Shown here: one piece after another, positions 43,818 to 53,019 of the stretch
Layout: every line of letters starts with the position of its first letter
Position numbering within the stretch: position 1 is the first letter of the stretch
From: Clostridia bacterium
GTDB taxonomy: Bacteria > Bacillota > Clostridia > Christensenellales > UBA1242
Direction: 5' to 3'
Length of the DNA stretch: 54,836 bases
NCBI GenBank assembly: GCA_963930145.1
Contig: CAWVLM010000038.1
Coordinates: forward strand, 1 to 54,836
Translations under genes and position numbers: made by a program
Notes under the pieces: generated by a model
Seen by the model: the letters and a program-made list of their open reading frames with translations, nothing else
What the model was told of the DNA's origin: nothing
Databases searched by the model: none

Positions 43818-46800
43818 ATGAAATCAATTTATACATATTATAAAGAAAGACTGATAGAAATAAGCGGAAAAAATCGAAGCTTATATTCTAAAAATTTGAG
43901 CAAAAAATATGCCTACGATATCGGTGCAGTAATCGGAGATGACGCTGACGAACTTGATGAGTTTTTAACTTTCTTGTGGAAGGGCAAACGTTCAAGTTAT
44001 GCACTTATTCGAAAGGACGCAAAGGAAAGACTTGCAAAAAACTTTAATCTTGAGACCAAGATTAAGGCGTCTTTTGTTGACACAAAGGATATGTCGACAG
44101 ACGAAAAGCGTAGCGAGAATCTTCGTCGTGAAAGGGTGAAGAAGGAAGAGATGAAAAAGCTTCTGCTTTCACAGGTAAATCAGCTTAAAGCTCTTAAGCG
44201 AGAAATTGAAGAGTTTGCAAAGGAAACAGGGCGATATGAAATGTTTATTGGCTACCCATTTGTTGTTGGGCAGCTTAGCAAAGACATTCAAATCAAAGGT
44301 CCGCTTATTCTCTTTCCTGTCACAATAAATATTGAAGATGACCAAACAGTATCTATCGAAGCAAAACATGACGAGCTTATTCAGATAAATAAGGTTATGC
44401 TTCTTGCCTATGCCAAAGAGCATCGCCTTAATTATGAAGGGCTTATCATGGAGTTTGATAACCTTGTTGACTATAAATTAAAAAGTGTCGGCGATGTTAT
44501 TGACTATCTTTCTGCCTATGGGTTTAAATTTGACTATGACGACAAAAAATCAAATAAGGGTCTTATAAGATTTGACAGCATCAAAGAGCCATCCTTCAAA
44601 GATGACGGACTTAAAATTGTCAATGCCTGTGTTGTAGGCAGATTTCCGCTTGCAAATGCTATTTATAATGACTATTCTCTTCTTGAGAAAAAAAAGCTTT
44701 CAAGTGAAGCTATTGACCAGCTTTTGCAAGGCAAACAAAACAGAAAACTTAAAAAGGTTGACCAAAGAATCTATACAATAAATGACCTCGACTACGCACA
44801 GGAAAGTGCCATTACAAAGCTTAACGAGTCAGGAAGTCTTGTCATCTACGGTCCGCCTGGAACAGGTAAGTCACAAACCATTGTAAATATAATATCCGAT
44901 GCTCTTTGCAAAAATAAGAGAGTGCTTGTTGTCTCTCAAAAGAAAGCGGCACTTGATGTTGTATTCAATCGTCTAAAAAATTTAAACTCAAAGTGTATGT
45001 TTATAGTGGACGCCGAAAAAGATAAGGTGGGATTTTATGAGAGATGCAATAAAATGCACCAAGCTTTGATGGGCTTCTATCATGCAAAAGAAGAGAATAA
45101 CGAGTATGATGTTGTTGAAGAGAACATTCAAAAGGAAGTAAATGACCTGCAAGTGATTTCAGACACACTTTTTACAAAGACGCCTTTTGGTTTAAGTTTG
45201 CAAGAGATGTACGCAAATTCTGCTCGAATTGGTAAAACCAGCAATGACTATGTGTTATATAAGCAGATGATAAAGAATCATGAAATAATGAAGATGGACT
45301 ATAAGCGTCTCTACCAAACCATTCGCGTGATAAAAGAGAAGAATAAAGCCGCACTTTACTATAGATATATTCAGCTTAAAAAGACCAACCCGCTTATCGA
45401 CCACATCAGAGCCGATGTCGATATTCATGTAATCAACCAAATGAAAACCTATTTAAATGGGCTTATTCAAAAGACTATAATCCCATTTGACACAGCAAAG
45501 CATCCACACGCACGTCAACTTATGGTATATATGCTTGAAAACGACATTGAAGACAGCAAAGATATCAAGCCGCTTGTCAAGATGATTTCAAAGATAGACT
45601 ATCCAAAAATGCACACCGCACTTAACTGGTCAAAGGTCATCTTCCCAGTATACCCATTTGTCAGACATAACTTAAACCAAAAAGAAAAAGAGATTTCTAA
45701 GCAGTTTGAAAGCACTTTAAATGATATTAAAAACTATATCAGCAACTATTCGCTCCTTGAGAAAGTGTTAGACAGAAAAGGGTATTTAATGACAGTTGAC
45801 AATATTGTCAATGGCAACACCATTTTCTTGAAACTTTTGCTCAATGCACTTGACGATTATGTTGAAATACGCGACGTCAATGTGTCTCTTCAAGGATTGA
45901 CCGATGACGAGAAAACCATACTCAACTTTGCTTTTACCAATGCAAAAAATTTAAGACAATTCCAAGATATAGTTGATAGAATTTTAGAGATACGTATCTA
46001 TCATGAAGCAGTAACTTATGAAGAGCTTAACAAAGAAAAACTTTCAAAGATTATCGATTTTGAAAACATACGCAACAGAATTTTATCACTAAAGGCGGAC
46101 GAAAAACGCATATCAAGCGAAATTGCTATAGATAAGTTTAAAGATGAGTATGTGGAGCATTTTAATAGCGACCCAGACAATAAAAACTATCTATATCAAA
46201 TCACCAAGCAGCAGGCACTTATGCCAATACGTAAGATGATGGAGCTTTACGGCGATTATCTTTTAAAGCTATTCCCATGTTGGCTTTTGTCGCCAGAGAG
46301 CGTCTCAACTATCTTCCCACTAAAACGCAATATGTTTGATATTATATTGTTTGATGAAGCCAGCCAAGTGTTTATAGAAAACACACTTCCAACTATCTAT
46401 CGTGGAAAGTTTATAGTCGTTGCAGGTGACTCAAAACAGCTTCGCCCAACAGCAACCTTTATGAAGAGATATCTTGGCAACGATAGCGATGACGATATAG
46501 ACCTTGCAACACAAGCCGCTCTTGAAGTTGAAAGTTTGCTTGACCTTGCAACGTCACGCTTTGCAAGCACAAATTTGACCTATCACTATAGAAGTAAGAA
46601 TGAAGAGCTTATCGACTTTTCAAACTATGCCTTTTATGACGGCAAACTACAAATTGCTCCAAATATATCAAAGAATGTTGGCAACAAGCCAATCGAGCGA
46701 ATAAAGGTCAACGGCAAATGGATAAACCGCCATAACGAAGAAGAAGCTCAGGCGATTGTGACCTTGCTTAAAAAGCTTATCAAGAATAAGAAAAATAAAA

Positions 46801-47639
46801 GTTCAATCGGAATTATCACTTTCAACACAGAACAAGAAAACGCTATTGAAGATGCCATTGATAAAGAGTGTCACAAAGATACAGCCTTCCGTGACGCCTA
46901 TATAAGAGAGCAAAACAGAAAGGAAAACGGCGAAGACACTTCAATCTTCATCAAAAATCTTGAGAATGTTCAGGGTGATGAGCGTGATATAATAATCTTC
47001 TCCATAGGTTATGCAAGAAATGAATATGGCAAAGTGGTTGCTCACTTTGGTCCACTTTCTGTTGAAGGTGGAGAAAACAGGCTTAACGTTGCTATCACTC
47101 GTGCAAAGGAGAAGATATACGTTGTCACAAGCATAGAGCCTGAAGAGCTTGCCGTTGAAGGCACAAAGAATGCAGGACCTAAGATTTTCAAGAGCTATCT
47201 TAAATATGTTCGTGCAATTTCTAATAAAAAATACAAGGAAGCTGAGTATATTTTAAATAGTTTCAAGCCAGCTCTTCCTGAAACAAACGAGGTTATAGTT
47301 GAAAATAATCTTGAAAAATATATCAAAGAAGAGCTTACAAAGCTTGGCTATAGCGTTGAGACCAATCTTGGCAACACCGATTATAAACTTTCGCTTGCAG
47401 TCTATGATAAGAGTATTGATAGATATCTTTTAGGCATTGAATGTGACTATGCGGCATTTAGAAGCAGCGATTCTATTATGGAACGTGATGTCTATCGCAA
47501 TAAATTCCTTGAATCTCGTGGCTGGAAGATTATGAGAGTATGGAGTCGTGACTGGTGGCTCAATAAAAATAAGGTTATAAATAGCATTGTAAAGGCAATC
47601 AATTTACAAAAGAAAGAACTAGAAACAAAGGGAAAATAA
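43818..47639 (+). CDS. Superfamily 1 (Upf1/Dna2-like) helicase with a DUF4011-like N-terminus and a C-terminal DUF559/Vsr-like PD-(D/E)xK nuclease-fold domain
   Basis: Walker A GPPGTGKSQT, Walker B LFDEASQ, VAGDSKQLRP, VQGDERDIIIFS, NVAITRAKEK. The C-terminal ...GIECDYAAFRS...RDVYRNKFLESRGWKIMRVWSRDWW is typical of the DUF559-type endonuclease fold. Confidence 0.85.
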   Translation: MKSIYTYYKERLIEISGKNRSLYSKNLSKKYAYDIGAVIGDDADELDEFLTFLWKGKRSSYALIRKDAKERLAKNFNLETKIKASFVDTKDMSTDEKRSENLRRERVKKEEMKKLLLSQVNQLKALKREIEEFAKETGRYEMFIGYPFVVGQLSKDIQIKGPLILFPVTINIEDDQTVSIEAKHDELIQINKVMLLAYAKEHRLNYEGLIMEFDNLVDYKLKSVGDVIDYLSAYGFKFDYDDKKSNKGLIRFDSIKEPSFKDDGLKIVNACVVGRFPLANAIYNDYSLLEKKKLSSEAIDQLLQGKQNRKLKKVDQRIYTINDLDYAQESAITKLNESGSLVIYGPPGTGKSQTIVNIISDALCKNKRVLVVSQKKAALDVVFNRLKNLNSKCMFIVDAEKDKVGFYERCNKMHQALMGFYHAKEENNEYDVVEENIQKEVNDLQVISDTLFTKTPFGLSLQEMYANSARIGKTSNDYVLYKQMIKNHEIMKMDYKRLYQTIRVIKEKNKAALYYRYIQLKKTNPLIDHIRADVDIHVINQMKTYLNGLIQKTIIPFDTAKHPHARQLMVYMLENDIEDSKDIKPLVKMISKIDYPKMHTALNWSKVIFPVYPFVRHNLNQKEKEISKQFESTLNDIKNYISNYSLLEKVLDRKGYLMTVDNIVNGNTIFLKLLLNALDDYVEIRDVNVSLQGLTDDEKTILNFAFTNAKNLRQFQDIVDRILEIRIYHEAVTYEELNKEKLSKIIDFENIRNRILSLKADEKRISSEIAIDKFKDEYVEHFNSDPDNKNYLYQITKQQALMPIRKMMELYGDYLLKLFPCWLLSPESVSTIFPLKRNMFDIILFDEASQVFIENTLPTIYRGKFIVVAGDSKQLRPTATFMKRYLGNDSDDDIDLATQAALEVESLLDLATSRFASTNLTYHYRSKNEELIDFSNYAFYDGKLQIAPNISKNVGNKPIERIKVNGKWINRHNEEEAQAIVTLLKKLIKNKKNKSSIGIITFNTEQENAIEDAIDKECHKDTAFRDAYIREQNRKENGEDTSIFIKNLENVQGDERDIIIFSIGYARNEYGKVVAHFGPLSVEGGENRLNVAITRAKEKIYVVTSIEPEELAVEGTKNAGPKIFKSYLKYVRAISNKKYKEAEYILNSFKPALPETNEVIVENNLEKYIKEELTKLGYSVETNLGNTDYKLSLAVYDKSIDRYLLGIECDYAAFRSSDSIMERDVYRNKFLESRGWKIMRVWSRDWWLNKNKVINSIVKAINLQKKELETKGK

Positions 47640-47645
47640 AGATTT

Positions 47646-49070
47646 ATGGCAACACTAGATACAGTAACATCAGTAATCATAACACTACTTGGGCTATTTT
47701 ATGCTTATAACGTTTTATATCTTATTTTAGGATTTTTTGGAAAAAGCAAGACATATGAAGAAACTGATGTAAAGAAAAAATATGCAATAGTTATCTCAGC
47801 ACGAAATGAAGAGCGGGTTATAGGCAACCTTCTTGACTCGCTAAATAAACAAAATTATGATAAAAAACTTATAACAATATTTGTGGTGGCGGATAACTGC
47901 ATAGATAACACCGCTAAAATTTGTCGCTCAAAAGGTGCTATTTGTTATGAAAGATTTGACCCAAGCAAAGCTCGAAAGGGCTGGGCACTTGAATTTCTTT
48001 TTGACAATATAAAGCGTGACTATGGAATAGAAGCCTTTGACGGCTATATTATCTTTGACGCAGATAATGTTGTAGAGCCCACTTTTGTCAGCGAAATAAA
48101 CAAAGCAATGGTAAAACAGGCGGGGGGGGTGGTAATAGGCTACCGCAATACAAAAAACTTTTCAACTAATGTTATTTCTTCAGCCTATGGCTTTCATTTT
48201 GGAAGAAGTATTCTTACAAGGCATCGCCCAAGACAGGTATTGCACTCTTCAACACACCTTGCAGGCACAGGCTACTGCATCTCATCAAATCTATTGAAAG
48301 ATGGATGGCATTTCCATACTTTAACTGAAGATACCGAGTTTACTATGGACTGCGTAAGTAAAGGTATTACCATAGGTTATTGCGAAGCGGCAGAGTTTTA
48401 TGACGAGCAGCCGACTAACTTCTTTGTAGCCTTCAGACAACGTATGCGTTGGACTCGCGGCAGACTTGTGGTGTTTTTTAAATATTTCTTCCGCCTTGTC
48501 AAAGGTATGTTCACTTGCAAGAAGGGCAAGAAATGGGCAAATTATGATATGCTTTCTTATGTTTCACCCAACGCTCTTTTCAAACTTGCTATAAGTGCAA
48601 TTTATCCAATCACGGCAGCTATTATTTCACTTGTAAACCATCAAGCTCTGCCTTATATCACTTGGCTTTCAGCGATAGGCAGCAGCCTGCTTTCAACCTA
48701 TCTTATGGATTTCTTTCAAGGTATTTTAATCTTGATAAAAGAAAGAAAACATATAAAATGCTCAAAAGTCAAGCAGGTTTTATATTTGTTTTGTTGGCCG
48801 TGGTTTGATATAATCAATATACCTTTACTTATTTTATGTTGCTTTATTCCTGTAAAGTGGAAACCTATCGTACATAAAGACACAACAAAAATAGAAGATT
48901 TGTCAAGCACGCAAATATCTGAAGAAAGTTTAGCTCCAAATTGCCAGAAAAACACTTTGATTTGCAAAAAATATACGCCTCTCAAGCAAATTCCAGACAT
49001 TTTAGCACGAGACTATAAATTCGTGCTTGCAAACTATAAGAATATAAATTTATCTATAAGGAAGACCTAA
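47646..49070 (+). CDS. Processive family-2 glycosyltransferase (membrane-embedded synthase type)
   Basis: IIFDADN (DxD), TLTEDTE, QRMRWTRG (QxxRW), TM helices at both ends. Starts 7 nt after the helicase stop. Contains an in-frame G8 tract. Confidence 0.85.
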   Translation: MATLDTVTSVIITLLGLFYAYNVLYLILGFFGKSKTYEETDVKKKYAIVISARNEERVIGNLLDSLNKQNYDKKLITIFVVADNCIDNTAKICRSKGAICYERFDPSKARKGWALEFLFDNIKRDYGIEAFDGYIIFDADNVVEPTFVSEINKAMVKQAGGVVIGYRNTKNFSTNVISSAYGFHFGRSILTRHRPRQVLHSSTHLAGTGYCISSNLLKDGWHFHTLTEDTEFTMDCVSKGITIGYCEAAEFYDEQPTNFFVAFRQRMRWTRGRLVVFFKYFFRLVKGMFTCKKGKKWANYDMLSYVSPNALFKLAISAIYPITAAIISLVNHQALPYITWLSAIGSSLLSTYLMDFFQGILILIKERKHIKCSKVKQVLYLFCWPWFDIINIPLLILCCFIPVKWKPIVHKDTTKIEDLSSTQISEESLAPNCQKNTLICKKYTPLKQIPDILARDYKFVLANYKNINLSIRKT

Positions 49071-49091
49071 AAATTTTTGGGTCTTTTTTTC
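49061..49091 (+). terminator. Intrinsic terminator after the GT2 gene
   Basis: AAGACC-T-AAA..TTT-G-GGTCTT followed by T7. Overlaps the stop codon. Confidence 0.65.
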
Positions 49092-49151
49092 ACATTTTAA
49101 CCTTATATGTTTTATATTGATAATAGGGGAAGTGCGAAAAAAGGGACAAAA

Positions 49152-49958
49152 GTGAACGGCACAACAATAACAATCATATCTATAGCTTTTATATTTTTAA
49201 TGACAACTCTAGGTTCCACAGTGGTATTTTTCTTCAAACATAAAGTCAGTGAAAAACTAAGCAGCCTATTCCTAGGTTTTGCATCGGGCGTGATGATAGC
49301 AGCGTCTGTGTGGTCACTGCTTTTGCCATCCATTGAGCAGTCGTCATCACTTGGCAAACTCAACTTTTTGCCTGCCGCTGTTGGTATAATTTTAGGCTGC
49401 CTATTTTTAGTGATTATGGATAAAATTATCCCAAATTTACTTAAAAAAGATAAAAATAACAAAAAAAACAGTGATTTTTCACCAAAAAAACATGGTTTAA
49501 ACAAATCAAGTAAACTTTTCTTAGCGGTGACCTTGCATAATATTCCAGAAGGTCTTGCAGTAGGTCTCGCTCTTGGCAACGCTTTTATTGCAGGAGAGAT
49601 ATCGGTGTTTTATTCGGCACTTTGGCTTGCCATTGGCATAGGGCTACAAAATTTGCCCGAAGGTGCAGCTGTCAGTCTGCCCATGAAAGAGCAGCTTGCC
49701 TCAAACAAAAAAGCCTTTTTCTTTGGCACTCTCAGTGGAATAGTCGAGCCAGTTATGGCTGTTGTTGGCATATTTGTCGCACAGATTCTTTCGCACCTTA
49801 TGCCGTGGCTTCTCTCTTTTTCTGCAGGGGCAATGCTCTTTGTGGTTGCAGAAGAGCTTTTGCCAGACGCAAAAAATTCTCATTCTGGGCATATAGGTTC
49901 TTGGGGGTTTATAGTGGGCTTTGTGCTTATGATGATTCTTGATATAGCTTTAGGATAG
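49152..49958 (+). CDS. ZIP-family divalent metal (zinc) transporter, ZupT/GufA-like
   Basis: LHNIPEGLAVG and QNLPEGAAVS signatures. The GTG at 49152 follows an AAGGGA RBS; the listed ATG at 49107 has no RBS, so the start is uncertain. Confidence 0.85.
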   Translation: MNGTTITIISIAFIFLMTTLGSTVVFFFKHKVSEKLSSLFLGFASGVMIAASVWSLLLPSIEQSSSLGKLNFLPAAVGIILGCLFLVIMDKIIPNLLKKDKNNKKNSDFSPKKHGLNKSSKLFLAVTLHNIPEGLAVGLALGNAFIAGEISVFYSALWLAIGIGLQNLPEGAAVSLPMKEQLASNKKAFFFGTLSGIVEPVMAVVGIFVAQILSHLMPWLLSFSAGAMLFVVAEELLPDAKNSHSGHIGSWGFIVGFVLMMILDIALG

Positions 49959-50012
49959 CTTTTAAATTATGATTTAATAAATAAATTTTTAAAATTAAAT
50001 AATACTAATAAT

Positions 50013-50246
50013 ATGAGTTACTATAATTATCACGCTGAAATAAAAAAGTTGATTTTATCAGGCAAACTTGTTGGCTATAAGTTTGTCGATGATTATAATG
50101 GAATAAAGCCCGCACTTGTGCTATATTTTAATGACCATAGACCAATGCCCATTCGGAGTTACCGCTGGGAAGAATACATACCATTTCTTATTATGCGAAG
50201 TGATAAAATGGTGAAAATAAAAGAAGAAAATTCAGATAAAAAATAA
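50013..50246 (+). CDS. Small hypothetical protein (77 aa)
   Basis: Non-low-complexity ORF in an otherwise empty gap, but with no clear RBS. Confidence 0.4.
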   Translation: MSYYNYHAEIKKLILSGKLVGYKFVDDYNGIKPALVLYFNDHRPMPIRSYRWEEYIPFLIMRSDKMVKIKEENSDKK

Positions 50247-50284
50247 ATTTTTATAATAATTTAACAAAAAAACAAGGCAATACA

Positions 50285-50313
50285 TTGACATTCTATTTAA
50301 AGAGTAGTATAAT
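50285..50313 (+). promoter_or_regulatory. Consensus promoter for the 50335 gene
   Basis: TTGACA (50285-50290), 17-nt spacer, TATAAT (50308-50313). Confidence 0.65.
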
Positions 50314-50334
50314 AAAAAATAGGAGGATAGATAA

Positions 50335-50667
50335 ATGGCAACTAAAAAATCATCAACAAAATCTTCAAAGAGTTCAAGCTCATCATCAAGCTCAAAGAGA
50401 AGCAGCATATGGGGACTCAATAAGATATCATTCTGGACAATAGTAGCTGCAACATTTTTATATGCAGTAGCACTTATTTTGGCTGCTTGTAAAGTAAGTG
50501 CAACAGCTGTAAGTGTTCTTCAAAATATTGCCACTGCAGTGATGATCGTTATTGTATCAATTCTTGCTTGGAGATATGTAAGACCAAAACAAATGGTATG
50601 GAAAGTATTGTATGTTATATGTCTTCTAATAGTCATTGCTGGAATTATAGTTCCACTTGTAGTTTAA
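50335..50667 (+). CDS. Small membrane protein with a Ser/Lys-rich N-terminus and three hydrophobic helices
   Basis: AGGAGG RBS. MATKKSSTKSSKSSSSSSSSKRSS followed by TM segments. Confidence 0.7.
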   Translation: MATKKSSTKSSKSSSSSSSSKRSSIWGLNKISFWTIVAATFLYAVALILAACKVSATAVSVLQNIATAVMIVIVSILAWRYVRPKQMVWKVLYVICLLIVIAGIIVPLVV

Positions 50668-50688
50668 GGGGTTTAGGCATAAACACAC

Positions 50689-50717
50689 AAAAAGGGCGTT
50701 GAAAAACGCTTTTTTTA
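50689..50717 (+). terminator. Intrinsic terminator (GAAA tetraloop)
   Basis: AAAGGGCGTT-GAAA-AACGCTTTTT followed by a T run. Confidence 0.7.
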
Positions 50718-50813
50718 TTAAAAAATCCAACAAGACAATAAATTATGCAAAGTTTGTATTTACTTTAGCGAAAAAGTGTTGTATAATATAAAAAATTAAA
50801 TTTGGGTGGTTAT

Positions 50814-52814
50814 ATGAAATTTATGAAAATAAAAGAAAAAGAAATTTCCACAAATAATTTTATTTTACCATTTTTATTTATAGTTTTTGCTATAATTTTT
50901 GAAATGGTCAATTTTTTATATATTGGTTTTAAAGATGTTGATGGCAACTTGATGGTTTTGCCAACATATTTTTTATTTGATTTTGCCATAATTTTAATGC
51001 TTGCAGGGCTAATTTATGTTGTGCATAACAAAATAATCATGCAAATATTATACTATTTTTTGTTATTTGTGCAATGTGCTTTAAATATAGCAAATTCTAC
51101 GATGTATTATATCTTTGGTGATATCTTATCTTTTGACCTATTCTATTTAGGCGGCGAAGCAACGTCAGCTATCACTGTAGATGTCATCGATTGGGGTGGA
51201 GTATTCCTAAATTTTGGTATTTTTGCTCTAATAGTTGCAATTTCAGTGGTGCTAGTAAAGAAAAATAAAAAGACCGTTACCATCAAAAATTTTTCTATGC
51301 CGTGCATAGTTCTCTCAGTGGCAATTTTATGTTGGTCTATGGGTTTAGGCTTATATGAAACACAGGCAATCACCCTTGCCGATGCACAGGCAGGGCAATC
51401 AGAAATAGAAAGCAGTGATAAATATCTATGGGACAATTTCCAATTCAAGCTTGACGCCTTTGAAAAGTTTGGACATTATGGGTTTTACACAAAAAGCGTG
51501 CTAAATCTTATATTCCATGACGAAGTAACAGAAAATGATATAGAATACTATCAAAATTTTATAGATGAAGGCTATCACGAAGAAGACCCAACCGCACCAC
51601 TATATGGCGACAACTTAATTATAATCTTATGTGAAAGTATGGACTGGTTTGCAATAGACCCATACAACACTCCAACGCTATATTCTATTGCAACTGGCAA
51701 CAATTCAATATCTTTCACAGGTTTTCATGCAAGAAATAGAACTAATAACAGTGAAGGTATTGTTCTAAACGGCTCAACACCTAGAAATATGTCAGTTTCA
51801 GCTGCCTATGATAACGGTTACACCTTTGACTATGCACTTCCTAAGCTATTTAAGTCTACAAGTCACGGCGAAGATGTTGTTGCAATTTACACCCATCAAA
51901 ACAGCAGCAGCTTCTATAATAGAAACGTCACGCACACACTGGGATTTGGCTTTGATGAAATGTATATGAATGAAGCATATACAGGTGAGCAGTCAATAGG
52001 TGCTTGGGGTGAGTGGATGAGCGACCTTGATTTTACTAAAAATGTGATAGACGATATTTTGCCGACAAATCAAAGATTTTTGACCTTTTTCACATCTTTA
52101 GCATCACATGGGCCTTATACATACAGAAATCCGTACTACGAAGAGTATTATCAAATTCTTGATGAAAATTATGAAAAATACATGGAATGGTATCAGACTG
52201 AAACAGATTATGTTATGCCAACAGGCAATGACTTTGAACATTTGTATTATTATAAAGCAGCCTTTATCGACCTTGACCGCACTGTTGCAAATATGATTGA
52301 AGAACTTGAAAAACGCGGACTTAGTGAAAATACATCGATTTTATTCTTTGCCGACCATAATGCCTATTATCACGATTTGAGTTTGAAGCTTAAAGGCATA
52401 GACAAAGCAGATTTTTATGATACCTATGCATATAACATTCCGCTTATGCTTTATAGTCCAAAACTAACAAAAGAGAGCGGCGGACAGATTATTGATACGT
52501 TCTGTAATACCTACGACGTTCTGCCTACTATTTGTGACCTATTTGGTCTTCCATACAACTCAAATCTTATTTATGGCTATTCTATTTTCTCAGAAGAAAT
52601 AGAAAATTCCTTCTTTGTCTCACACTTAAATGGAATGTTTAATGAAGATATCTATAGTTTAAATATAAGCGATATCTATATCGTAGGCGAAGATGTCACG
52701 GATGAAGATATTAAAAAATTTAAGCGTAATGCAAATAGATTCTATAAACGCCAAGCTGAACTTGAAATTATCTACGAAAATGGCATAAATGGAACAAGAA
52801 AACTTGTTTCTTGA
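50814..52814 (+). CDS. LtaS-family (sulfatase-fold) lipoteichoic acid synthase / phosphoglycerol transferase
   Basis: Five N-terminal TM helices followed by an extracellular alkaline-phosphatase-superfamily domain (LCESMDW, FFADHN). TATAAT at 50782-50787. TGA stop. Confidence 0.8.
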   Translation: MKFMKIKEKEISTNNFILPFLFIVFAIIFEMVNFLYIGFKDVDGNLMVLPTYFLFDFAIILMLAGLIYVVHNKIIMQILYYFLLFVQCALNIANSTMYYIFGDILSFDLFYLGGEATSAITVDVIDWGGVFLNFGIFALIVAISVVLVKKNKKTVTIKNFSMPCIVLSVAILCWSMGLGLYETQAITLADAQAGQSEIESSDKYLWDNFQFKLDAFEKFGHYGFYTKSVLNLIFHDEVTENDIEYYQNFIDEGYHEEDPTAPLYGDNLIIILCESMDWFAIDPYNTPTLYSIATGNNSISFTGFHARNRTNNSEGIVLNGSTPRNMSVSAAYDNGYTFDYALPKLFKSTSHGEDVVAIYTHQNSSSFYNRNVTHTLGFGFDEMYMNEAYTGEQSIGAWGEWMSDLDFTKNVIDDILPTNQRFLTFFTSLASHGPYTYRNPYYEEYYQILDENYEKYMEWYQTETDYVMPTGNDFEHLYYYKAAFIDLDRTVANMIEELEKRGLSENTSILFFADHNAYYHDLSLKLKGIDKADFYDTYAYNIPLMLYSPKLTKESGGQIIDTFCNTYDVLPTICDLFGLPYNSNLIYGYSIFSEEIENSFFVSHLNGMFNEDIYSLNISDIYIVGEDVTDEDIKKFKRNANRFYKRQAELEIIYENGINGTRKLVS

Positions 52815-52873
52815 AAAATAATAAACTTATTTTTCAATTCATTTGTGCAATATGGGAGATGTTGAAACTTTAT

Positions 52874-52974
52874 ATGTCTAGCAGCGTACGTCTTTTGCAA
52901 TGCAAAAGCCGTCAAAACGCTTTTCAAGCGTTTTTGCAAGCATAGCCATGCTTGCCGCTGCTAGACATTTTTTA
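52874..52974. other. Four-way-junction 'cloverleaf' module C (95 nt) plus a T run; may also serve as the terminator after the LtaS-family gene
   Basis: 13-bp outer stem ATGTCTAGCAGCG/CGCTGCTAGACAT enclosing three hairpins of 7-11, 9 and 8 bp, followed by TTTTT. Confidence 0.7.
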
Positions 52975-53019
52975 TAAGCCAATTTTAACACAATATAGCT
53001 TTTAAGAATATAAAATGTT

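Noticed and set aside
49112-49942. ORFs 49112-49579 (-), 49622-49942 (+) and 49701-49892 (-)
   Set aside because: They overlap the ZIP transporter gene, which has clear family signatures. No RBS.
13361-52908. Recurrent TGCAAAA/TTTTGCA arms in many hairpins (13371, 15243, 37723, 37967, 52893) as a possible uptake or recognition sequence
   Set aside because: A 7-mer of this composition is expected several times by chance in about 55 kb of AT-rich DNA. No fixed flanking context.
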